Source of the DNA: Cenarchaeum sp.
GTDB lineage: Archaea > Thermoproteota > Nitrososphaeria > Nitrososphaerales > Nitrosopumilaceae
Direction: 5' to 3'
Assembly: GCA_965212015.1 (NCBI GenBank)
Contig: OZ243037.1
Location: 480,001 to 544,000 of the forward strand
DNA length: 64,000 bases
Part shown: positions 10,219-20,100 of the stretch, in pieces
Numbering within the stretch: position 1 is the first letter of the stretch
How the letters are laid out: the number at the start of each line of letters is the position of its first letter
Notes under the pieces: model-generated
Database searches by the model: none
The model's input: the letters and a program-made list of their open reading frames with translations, nothing else
What the model was told of the DNA's origin: nothing
Position numbers and translations under genes: made by a program

Positions 10219-10973
10219 TTACTCGGAAATCCTGTAAAGGGCGGCGTTCTGGATCAGAGTATTCCATTTGTTGGCGCCATCCATCAGAATTAGGGCCTCC
10301 ATGCTGGCAAACAGGTATTTTTGCACTCCGCCTACTTTGATGTATATCTCATCTGCCCTTACCGTGAATCTGTTGGCAGTTCTTGTGACGATTCCATCCA
10401 GATAGTCCGATATCTTCCAGGAATACTCTGATATCCAGTTGTAAATGGTCATGTGGTTTACCTTGATTCCCATTAGCTCAAAATGATCCGCTATTCTTCG
10501 GACAGACATCTTGGAGTAATACATCTGTAATGCCTGCGTTATGATCTCCGGACTGAATTGCTTCTTTTCAAATCCAAAATTTGCTGTAAATTTTCTCTTG
10601 CAATCTAGGCATTTGAATATGCGAATTTTGCCGTCTTTTCTCTTTCTAAATCCATCTTTTTTGAGATTGTCAGAATCACAGAATTTGCAGAGTTTGAGCT
10701 CTGATCTTTCCATTATCCTAAAAGGGTTGTTCTTGTAGCATTTGTTTTGCTTCAAATTTTCAAGCACGGCATGGATGTGCTTGCAGTCGGATCGGCTAAA
10801 CTGGTTATCCGGACATTCACAGATTAGTCCCCATTTGTACTGGTAACAATGTAGGACTTTGGGGGATCAATTTCAGACTGCACTCTGAACTTGTCAGTAT
10901 CAAACTGTGATACGTGGTTTAGAAGTTGTTTAGCCTGCTGTGTCCTTGATTTTCTCGTCTTTTTTGTTCTCAT
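10219..10973 (-). pseudogene. IS6-family transposase with SWIM and zinc-ribbon domains; frameshifted and internally deleted
   Basis: ATG at 10973 (MRTKKTRKSR...), frameshift near 10830-10840, then SWIM CECPD...CKHIHAV, zinc ribbon CKFC...FKCLDC, HTH (MSVRRIA...VNHMTIYNWI) and the first DDE motif ADEIYIKVGGVQKYLFASM. It then jumps directly to the C-terminal NKWNTLIQNA. Confidence 0.85.
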
Positions 10974-11060
10974 ACTTACCTACTATTGGGGCTAATTACT
11001 ATATAAATTTGCCTTCTAAAAGGGTTAAATGTTTAATAATGCGAAAAACAACCATATCGC

Positions 11061-11273
11061 ATGGCAATAAGAACAAAAGCGATCAACGGATCCGAATATC
11101 TCTATTACATCTATTCTGCGAATGGCAAAAAAACGGATGTGTATTGCGGGCCATCATCCAAGCCGGAATCAAGAAAAAAGGCGTTAAACTATGAGATCGA
11201 CAATTTGAAGAAACTGGCCACTGAAATATCCAATAAGATTAAATCGATGGAAAAGGAAGTGAAAAACCTGTAA
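11061..11273 (+). CDS. Small basic beta-hairpin/coiled-coil protein, translationally coupled to mod
   Basis: 70 aa MAIRTKAINGSEYLYYIYSANGKKTDVYCGP..., resembling small archaeal mobile-element DNA-binding proteins (inference); TAATG overlap with the mod start. Confidence 0.65.
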   Translation: MAIRTKAINGSEYLYYIYSANGKKTDVYCGPSSKPESRKKALNYEIDNLKKLATEISNKIKSMEKEVKNL

Positions 11274-13259
11274 TGAAGCCCAAAGGCAAGCCTAAAATAA
11301 AGTCTCGTAGAAAGCCCCGTGGTATGAGCCGTATGAGTCTCCAAGAGTCTCCAAGAGTCTCCAAGAGTCTCCAAGAGTCTCCAAGAGTCTCATAAGGAGA
11401 CTCGAAAACCCAGTTATGCAAACTGGTCGAAAAACGAATTAATTAATGAAGTCCAAAAACTACGAAAGCGAAAAAAATATGGCCTAGTCTGGGATGAAGA
11501 AAAAACCAAGGAAACTTTTGAGAAAAATGCCCAGAACAAATTACCAATTCTAAAAGAGATTGCCAAAAACTCGATTGGAAGTGATTCTAAGAGGCCAACC
11601 AATATTCTGATTGAGGGTGACAACTATCATGCACTTTCCGTTTTGAACTATACACATAAAGGAAAGATAGATGTTATTTACATTGATCCACCATATAACA
11701 CAGGTGACGAATCATGGAAATATAATAATAATTATGTAGATGGAAACGATGGTTTCAAACACAGTAAATGGATATCATTAATGGATAAAAGATTACGTTT
11801 AGCAAAAAATTTATTAAAAACTGATGGAATAATATGCATAACAATCGATAATCATGAACTTCATAATTTATTACATATTTTAACCGATATTTTTTTTAAT
11901 AAAGAAATCATAACTACTGTGATTGAACATAATTTAAGAGGAAAACGTGGAAATAATTTTGCATTAACTCATGAATATGCAATATGGATCTTAAATGGGA
12001 ATAAAGATCTAATAACTAAGTTACCTGAAATTGGATCTGATGTTAGACGTAATTTACGAAAAACTGGAGGTGATCCTAATAGATCCGATTCACCTTCAAT
12101 GTTTTATGGAATTGAAGTTAATAAAAAAACGTTAGAAATTGTAAATGTTACTTTTCCTTTATCATTAAACGAAAAAATACCCAAACACAAAAATCCCAAA
12201 ACAGAAATGATTTGGCCTATAGATTCTGAAGGTAATGAAAAGCGATGGTATTATGGTCATCGTAGAATATTGAAATCTGCCAAAATAAAAGAAGTATATG
12301 CAAAGAAAATTAAAAATATTATACAAATACATTATTATATTTCAGGAAAACCAATTAGACGTAAATCTATTTGGACAGGACCTAAATATGATGCAAGTAC
12401 ATATGGAACAGAATTACTTACTGAAATTATTGGTGAAAATGATTTTCCATATCCAAAAAGCATTCATGCAGTTAAAGATTGTATATCTTCAATGAATAAT
12501 AATAAAAATGCAGTAATTCTAGATTTTTTTGCTGGCTCTGGAACTACTGGTCATGCAGTTTTAGAATTAAACAAGGAAGATAATGGAAATAGACAATTTA
12601 TATTATGTACAAACAATGAAAATAAGATTTGTACTGAGATATGTTATCCTAGAATAAAAAAAGTGATTAAAGGATATTCATTTAATGGAACTTATAAAAA
12701 ATGTCTCTATGAACAAAAATTTACAATGACTGTTCTAAAAAATATCGATCTCATATTTGAGAAAATCAATGAAATACAGAATAAGAAAGAATATGATGAT
12801 TTTGAAATAAAAATAGAATATCAAAATATTAAATTATACGGGAAGATGTATATTAATGACAAAAAAGATAGCCTTGAAGGAAATCTTAAATATTTTAAAA
12901 CTGATTTTATAGATTGGGATCATCACACAAAACAGAACAAAAAGAAACTTGTAGAACAATCTACCGAAATGCTGTGTCTAAAAGAGAATTGTTTTGAACT
13001 AGTGAAAAGCAGTAGTAAGTTCAAAGTATTCAAAAACAATCAGAAATGGCTCGGAGTAGTTTATCATCGAACCGGCGTCGAACCCTTCAAGATATGGCTA
13101 AAGTCTAACAAATCAACGACGAAGATTAACACCTACGTGTTTCCTCCCAAGGACGAGGTTAATGATGATGAATTTCATGATGTGATAAAATCAGTGAATT
13201 TGAAGCCCATACCATCGGTCATACTCAATGTGTATAGGAGAATATTCGATCATGTTTAG
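11273..13259 (+). CDS. mod: Type III R-M DNA methyltransferase Mod (beta class), currently frameshifted at a 10-bp repeat tract
   Basis: KKYGLVW, LIEGDNYHAL, IYIDPPYNTG, HSKWISLM, FPYPK and LDFFAGSGTTGHAV motifs. The Mod frame is open from 11337, but the upstream ATGs (11273/11324/11333) are in another frame that stops at TAA 11393. Confidence 0.9.
11335..11391. repeat. Perfect decanucleotide simple sequence repeat (GAGTCTCCAA)5 plus GAGTCTC in the 5' end of mod
   Basis: Read directly: gagtct followed by ccaagagtct x5, then c. Confidence 0.97.
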
Positions 13260-15417
13260 TTTGAAGGAATATCAGGAAAAAGCTGTAAATGAATTAGTAG
13301 AAAAAATAAGTGGATATCTTTCTCAGAATAATAAAACATGTGTATTCAGATCACCTACAGGATCCGGAAAAACAATTATGATGGGTGAGGCTATAAAAAT
13401 ACTTGTAGAAAAGCACAAAAATTCAAATGATATTGCATTTATCTGGATAGCCGTACACAAGTTACATGATCAAAGTAAGAAAAGATTAGAAAGACACTAT
13501 GAAGACTCTCAGATCATAACTTGCTCGCTTTTCGAAGAATTAGAAGACAATCAGATACAGAGTGGGGAGATATTGTTCTTAAACTGGCACAGCATAAACC
13601 AAAAAGACAATATTTACATCAGAGAAAATGAGAGAGAATTTACTCTATCTAAAATTGTAGAAAATACTAACAATGCTGGCAGAGAAATAATCGTGATAAT
13701 CGACGAAAGCCACCATACTGCGGATTCTAAGAAATCTAGGGAATTAATAAGACAGATTGCACCACGTGCTACAATTAAAGTGTCTGCCACACCGACCATA
13801 TCTGGAACTGATGATCTCGTATCGGTGGATGTGGACAAGGTAAAAACTGAAAAAATGATAAAAAAATCCATTCATATCAATCATGAGGTTTCTGAGAACA
13901 ATGATCCAACAGCTGACGAGCTAATCCTCAGACATGCTCTAGATAAGAGAATAGAATTGAAGCAACTCTATGAAAGCGAAAGATCTGATGTCAATCCATT
14001 AGTCTTGATCCAATTATCTGATTTACATCCAGGCATGCCAGATAAAAAAGAAATTCTAATCAAAATTCTTGATTCTGAATTCGGAATAAATATCAATAAT
14101 GGTAAATTAGCCATATATCTTTCAGACAATGATGACAAGATAAATCTTGAAAATATTGAAAAAAATGACAACGAGGTTGAAGTCTTGATATTCAAGCAAG
14201 CCATTACGGTTGGATGGGATTGTCCCCGTGCTGCAATATTGGTTCTGTTCCGGGAATGGAAAGAGGTTAGATTTTCTATGCAAACGGTAGGACGAATAAT
14301 CCGGATGCCTGAGATTATATATTATGATAGTAATGAGCTGAATCATGCATATGTATACGCCAATTATCCGACAATTCAGATCATTGAAGAAGTTGCAGAT
14401 GATTATTTTACAATATATGATGCAATTCGAAAAATAGAATTTGATGATACACTTAACCTGAAATCAATATACAGAAAACGTAAAAATGAGCTCACTCGTT
14501 TTAATATGCAATTTAATGACATCTTTGATTCCATAATCAAAAAACAGCAATTACACACTAAACTTTTATTGAAAGTACCAAGATTGAACCATAATATATT
14601 AACAAACATAGAAATTGATGAATTGCGTGAAGCCACGATCACTGATGGTAACATGCTAACGAGGGATCTGAATCCAGAAGAGATTGAGAATCTATTCAAT
14701 CGATTTATTATTGAGAGTGTAAAACCGTTTGCAGAACAACGTTCCAGTGAAATTCTTACAAACTGTATGGAGCGATTCTTTGAGGAAAAACTACATATTG
14801 ATGATTATGATAATATGCATTTCATTACAATGCATCCCAAAAATCAATCATACTTTAGACAAGTGTTTCGTGAAGCCAAAGACAGATATACTAGGGATAT
14901 AGTAGACCAAGTCCAGCCGGAAATTGAATCTTTTGATTGGAATGTTCCAGAACAAATGACCTATACCGATACATATGAAATAAAAAATTACAAAAAATAT
15001 GTCATGGAGCCCGCATATGTAAGAATAGATTCAGAACTGGAGGAAAAATTTATAGATTTATTGGAAGATGACAACAAAGTAAAATGGTGGTTTAAAAATG
15101 GAGTCAATGACAGAAAATGCTTTGCCATAAAACACCGTGATTCTTTGGACTCTGAAGACAGGGAGTTTTATGTCGATTTTATAGTATGTATGAAGGATGG
15201 TAGGATTGGATTGTTTGATCCCAAGGATGGCATGACGGCCCGTCTTGCTAAATCCAAGGCAGAAGCACTAACACGGTACATCCATGACAATTCATCAAAG
15301 AATTTGTTTGGTGGAATTGCAATACTGGATAAGAGTGAATGGATGTACAACGATCAAGACGAATACAATTACGATCCCAATGATTTTTCAGGCTGGAAAC
15401 CTATCATTTTGAATTAA
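13252..15417 (+). CDS. res: Type III R-M restriction subunit Res (SF2 helicase plus PD-(D/E)XK nuclease)
   Basis: LKEYQ, SPTGSGKT, IIDESHH, VSATP, GWDCPRA, QTVGRIIR and C-terminal FYVDFIV...FDPK motifs; overlaps the mod stop. Confidence 0.9.
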   Translation: MFSLKEYQEKAVNELVEKISGYLSQNNKTCVFRSPTGSGKTIMMGEAIKILVEKHKNSNDIAFIWIAVHKLHDQSKKRLERHYEDSQIITCSLFEELEDNQIQSGEILFLNWHSINQKDNIYIRENEREFTLSKIVENTNNAGREIIVIIDESHHTADSKKSRELIRQIAPRATIKVSATPTISGTDDLVSVDVDKVKTEKMIKKSIHINHEVSENNDPTADELILRHALDKRIELKQLYESERSDVNPLVLIQLSDLHPGMPDKKEILIKILDSEFGININNGKLAIYLSDNDDKINLENIEKNDNEVEVLIFKQAITVGWDCPRAAILVLFREWKEVRFSMQTVGRIIRMPEIIYYDSNELNHAYVYANYPTIQIIEEVADDYFTIYDAIRKIEFDDTLNLKSIYRKRKNELTRFNMQFNDIFDSIIKKQQLHTKLLLKVPRLNHNILTNIEIDELREATITDGNMLTRDLNPEEIENLFNRFIIESVKPFAEQRSSEILTNCMERFFEEKLHIDDYDNMHFITMHPKNQSYFRQVFREAKDRYTRDIVDQVQPEIESFDWNVPEQMTYTDTYEIKNYKKYVMEPAYVRIDSELEEKFIDLLEDDNKVKWWFKNGVNDRKCFAIKHRDSLDSEDREFYVDFIVCMKDGRIGLFDPKDGMTARLAKSKAEALTRYIHDNSSKNLFGGIAILDKSEWMYNDQDEYNYDPNDFSGWKPIILN

Positions 15418-15728
15418 GTAAAATCATTTTTTCATATTTTGGGATGATTTTCCCCCATGCCTAGCCCTCGAAGATTATACAGAACCGTACACGGATCAGT
15501 TTATTAGGCAATAAATCTACTTTAAATCATGTCAGACAAAGAAGAAAAATCGGATGTATCCGCAAAAAATGCGGCAAGTCATTCTGGATCGGCCCCGGCA
15601 AATGAGGGTCTCTTTGCAGGCGGCAGAGTGGCCCCGTTGGGTGCAGATGCAAAACCCGTACCACCAAAAAAGAAATGATCCGTGTTTTTTGATATGCTTG
15701 ATCATATGATTGATTTTTTTGTTCTGTG

Positions 15729-16504
15729 TTGCTCTGTGTCACAAGCTGTCTAATTTTTCCCAGCGTAAACTAATCTAGGCTGCTTGTACACATAATCCAA
15801 CCCAAAAAGCTTTAGATCATGACTGCACGACCACGTCGTGAGTAAAAATTCAGATTATGATCGCAGGTTAAAGGACCGTGGAACAATCCATATCGACAAA
15901 CGCGTCCTGAAATCATTCGAGAGGGATCGACACGGGATGAACAAGGGAAAGACAGGACGCAGATTCCTATATTCTGACGAAATGATTACTGTTCTGGCAC
16001 ACATACATCTCTACTTTAGACTACCATACAGACAAACGCAGGGCCTTGCAGAATCGTTGTTTGGAAAGCATACTACAGTGCCATCGTATTCTACCATCTG
16101 CAAACGGATCAACAAGCTGGATTTGGATCTTACCGCAGGCAGAAAGACACACGGTACAATCGTAATCGCAATAGACAGTACGGGAATGAAGATAACAAAC
16201 ACGCCGTCATATCCGCGCCGGATGGCAGTCAGAATTCAAAAACGTGACTATTCGGAATGGAGGAAATCCTCCAGATATGGAAAATGGTGGCTTGTCGAAT
16301 CTCTGTTCTCCGCGATAAAGAGAATGTTTGGAGAATCGGTCATGGCGCACAAAAAAGAGAACATGCTGCATGAGATGGCGCTAAAGATGGCCATATACAA
16401 TATGATGGTGCTGGCCGCATGACGTCATACCGGTGTGGGTTGTATTGCTCTGGCACGGGTGGGAGGATCACGATATGAGGTAAGGGAGTTGTGACACAGA
16501 GCAA
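15729..16504 (+). mobile_element. Internally deleted IS5-family (IS903-group-like) element with 16-bp TIRs
   Basis: TTGCTCTGTGTCACAA at 15729-15744 and its exact reverse complement at 16489-16504. Confidence 0.8.
15838..16422 (+). pseudogene. IS5-family transposase with an in-frame internal deletion
   Basis: YSDEMI, LPYRQTQG, PSYSTICKR and AIDSTGMK are joined directly to the C-terminal YGKWWLVESLFSAIKRMFG; the middle DDE segment is missing. Confidence 0.8.
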
Positions 16505-16530
16505 TTGATGGATTTAATATCATGATCCGT

Positions 16531-16914
16531 TCAATCCAAATCAATCATAATATTCCTGTAAATCTTTTCGACCAAATTTTTGTCTATGTCTGAGATATTG
16601 TAAGTTTGAAGTTCGTCTTTATTTTTAAATTCATTTCGTGATTTTATTTCCATTTTATCTAATTTGAATGACAAGTGAAAAATCAGATATTGACAAGTGC
16701 TTTCATTAATTTTCAAAGACAAGATGACAACGCCCCTATTATTCTGCCATGGACTATAATTTGTTGTAATTTCAGTTCCGTTGGATATACATGCTGCATG
16801 ATCCATAAACATCTGAAAAATATTTTGAGGGGCAAAATCAGACTCGTTTTTTGATTCTGCTAGTTTTTTGATGTATTTTAGTAATTTATCTCTCAATTCA
16901 GAGCAATCGGCCAT
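16531..16914 (-). CDS. Hypothetical protein
   Basis: AT-rich ORF (track 16531..17082). The ATG at 16914 (MADCSELR) follows a TTTAAATA box by about 23 bp. Confidence 0.5.
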   Translation of the reverse strand: MADCSELRDKLLKYIKKLAESKNESDFAPQNIFQMFMDHAACISNGTEITTNYSPWQNNRGVVILSLKINESTCQYLIFHLSFKLDKMEIKSRNEFKNKDELQTYNISDIDKNLVEKIYRNIMIDLD

Positions 16915-17180
16915 ATCTAGGGGTATTACGATCGAATATTTAAATGTTGACGTGATATGCCGATATGAGACACTTCTTATCATGACTATAGTCAAACGCA
17001 TAAATAATTTGAAACTGGCATAACCCTCATGAAATATTTCATCACGTCTAACGAATACTTCTTTGTCCTGAAATACTCGCACAGTGCATCCCGCACACGG
17101 GATGCGGCCCCGTCATACACGCAATGTCCGGCGGATCGGCCCCCAGATAAATGGCGCATGGCCGGAAAAATCCTGCCGCA

Positions 17181-20100
17181 CTAGGGTTCCGTACTGGCGC
17201 CGTCTGTGTCGAATATTATTATGGTCTCCTTCAGGTCGTCAAACGCCGGTTCCGTATAGATTTTCCCGTACAGGGCGTCGCGGATTCGCTCCATGTTGGT
17301 AGTGTGCCAGTCGAGCTTTTCTGCAAAGGCATCACACGCCCTGTTGTCAATGTCCCTGCACGATGACACCATGCTCGGAGTCGGCCTGTCCACATAGCGC
17401 CACGTGTCCCACTCGTTCTTGGTCCAGGTGTCGCCGAACTGGTCAGTCCAGATATCTGCGAGCTTGTCAGTCCTGGTCAGCTGTATTACCAGCGGTTCTG
17501 ACTGGGAGGCGCTTTTCGTGCTGCGCGTCACTACTGGCAGCTCGTTGAGCGTCTCGCCCTGCACCAGAATTCCCTCGTTGAGATAGTTTATCGTGCCTCG
17601 CAGCTTGTAGTCAGTTGCGTGTATGGCAAACGGCACGTGGTACATTTCCTCGCGGAACAATACGCCCGTTATGTCAAGCTGTATGCAGTCAAGCTCGGGA
17701 TCGCCTGGCAGGCACTTTACCTGTGACACTGCAAATGTGGCGTTCTGGCCTATTACATTGTTCTTGTTCGTATAGCTTATCTTGTCTATAGAATGGGTGG
17801 ACGGTTCCGTATAGTTGCGCACCAAATCTATTGTGATTACTGCCTCTGCACTGTTTATCGGCGCGCCAATGTCCGGCACGCTAAATGCCAGCTCGAACTG
17901 TTTTACGCCCCGCTGTGCGTACGTCTTTAGCGCAAAGTCGTGGGTGGAGTTTGTCTGGATTGTCTGCCTGGTATAGTTTACGTGGTAATCCAGCACGTCT
18001 GTGCACCGCCCGTCAATCGAATACCCGCATGAGACTATCGGGTCGCCCGTAATGTGCGAGCTTCCAAATGTGGGCTTTGTGCGCCATCCGGGGTCGCCTG
18101 TCCTGTCATCGGAGCTGGTGCTGAGCGCACGTGTAAAGTTCTTGAGCGTGTTTGTTACATCATCCTTGATGAATCCATCGGTTTGGGTATACGTTACCTG
18201 CGGCGTATGATATTCGGGTATGGGATCCTTAAAGTGCAGAATCACGCTTTGGTTGTTGGATAAGGCTATATTGTCGGCATACATCGGGCCGGGGATGCTC
18301 TCAATGGTCATGTTGGATACCTTAAAGTCGGTGACATTTACAGAGTCAATATTGTTTACAGGCTCGGACATGGCAAGCAGGATTGCAGTGGAATTCATCA
18401 TCCTGACGCCGGTTACTGTCGGATCCGTAAAGTCAAATTCTAGATCAATCATGTTTGAGTCGATGTTGGGATTTCCTTCTTGATTCATTACGCTGCCTGC
18501 AGGTATGTATACTGGCACCATTCCGTCGTCTCCGTCGTAAGTTAGAGTAAAGTTGAACATATCAGAAGGCGAGGTATTAGACGCGGTACCAAATATAGAG
18601 CCAGGAGTCGATATTTCATATATATCTATCATAAAGCCAAGATCATTAATACCCATAGTGGTGCCATCCATAGTATTGCCGCCCACATTAACGGCAGTTT
18701 CATTAAAGCCAATTACATTCACATCAAACATTACGCTAAACTGTACAATTCCGTTATTTCTTTTTAATTCATCTGTGGTGGATAGTATTGGTTTCGGACC
18801 CACATCGTTTACGGAATCAACAGTAAGAATGAACTCATCGCTTGCCGTTTCCCCGTCATCGTCGCGGGCCGTAACGGTGATTGTCGCGCTTCCAAACTCC
18901 ATGCTTGTAGACGAAATTTCCAGCATGTTGTTTACAATACTTACTGTTGCCGCGTTGCCGACCGATGTCGCATCATACGTCAGTACATCCTCATCCACAT
19001 CCGTAAAGTGGCTCTCAACTTCTATCTCAAAGGAGTCAAAGTCCTCGTCCCTCATGATATCATCGAATTGCGTCACCAGTGTGGGCGGATCATTTACCGG
19101 CGTCACCGTCAGTACAAACTCATCCTGTATGGTGGCCTCGCCGTCAGTTGCCGATATTGTCAGTGTGGCCGCACCGTTCACGTCCTGTATGGAGCCGATC
19201 GTCAGCGTATTCCCAGAGACGGTCGCCGTGACCAGATCATCCTGTCCCGTTACATCATACGTCAGCGCGTCCTCGTCCGGATCGCTGAAGTGACCAGACA
19301 GGTCTATCGTAAAGGCCTCAAAGTCCTCGTCCCGTGTGAGGTCTGGCAGCGATGTATCCAGTACCGGCACATCGTTTACGGAATCAACAGTAAGGATGAA
19401 CTCATCGCTTACAGTTTCCCCGTCCCCATCGGTTGCCATAACGGTGATTGTCGCGCTTCCAAACTCCATGCTTGTCGCGGTGATCTCTAGCATGTCATCG
19501 TTTGTGATTACAACAGACACCACGTCCACATCCGATGTCGCACCATACGTCAGCTCGTCCCCGTCCACATCCGTAAAGTGGCTCTCAACTTCTATCTCAA
19601 AGGAGTCAAAGTCCTCGTCCCTCACGATGTTATCGAACGGCGTCACCAGTGTGGGCGGATCATTTACCGGCGTCACCGTCATCTCAAAGCTGTCCTGTAT
19701 CGATTCTGGCCCGTCGCTTGCCGTTATCGTCAATGTGGCCGCACCGTTCACGTCCTGTATGGAGCCGATCGTCAGCGTGTTTCCAGAGACGGTTGCCGTG
19801 ACCACGCCGCTCTGGCCGCTCACAGTGTATTCCAGGCCGTTCCCGTCAGGATCACTGAAATGATTCGACAGGTCTATCGTAAAGGCCTCAAAGTCCTCGT
19901 CCCGTGTGAGGTCTGGCAGCGATGTATCCAGTACCGGCACATCGTTTACGGAATCAACAGTAAGGATGAACTCATCGCTTACAGTTTCCCCGTCCCCGTC
20001 GGTTGCCATAACGGTGATTGTCGCGCTTCCAAACTCCATGCTTGTCGCGGTGATCTCTAGCATGTCATCGTTTGTGATTACAACAGACACCACGTCCACA

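Larger units (their letters stand above)
10181..15486. mobile_element. 5.3-kb IS6-family cargo transposon bounded by perfect 32-bp terminal inverted repeats
   Basis: GGTTCTGTATAATCTTCGAGGGCTAGGCATGG at 10181-10212 and its exact reverse complement at 15455-15486. The GGTTCTGT end is typical of IS6 elements (IS257/IS431). The repeats enclose an IS6 transposase pseudogene, a small ORF, mod and res. Confidence 0.88.

Noticed and set aside
11643-13259. TTG at 11643 as the true mod start
   Set aside because: It would omit the conserved KKYGLVW and LIEGDNYHAL motifs that are in frame upstream.
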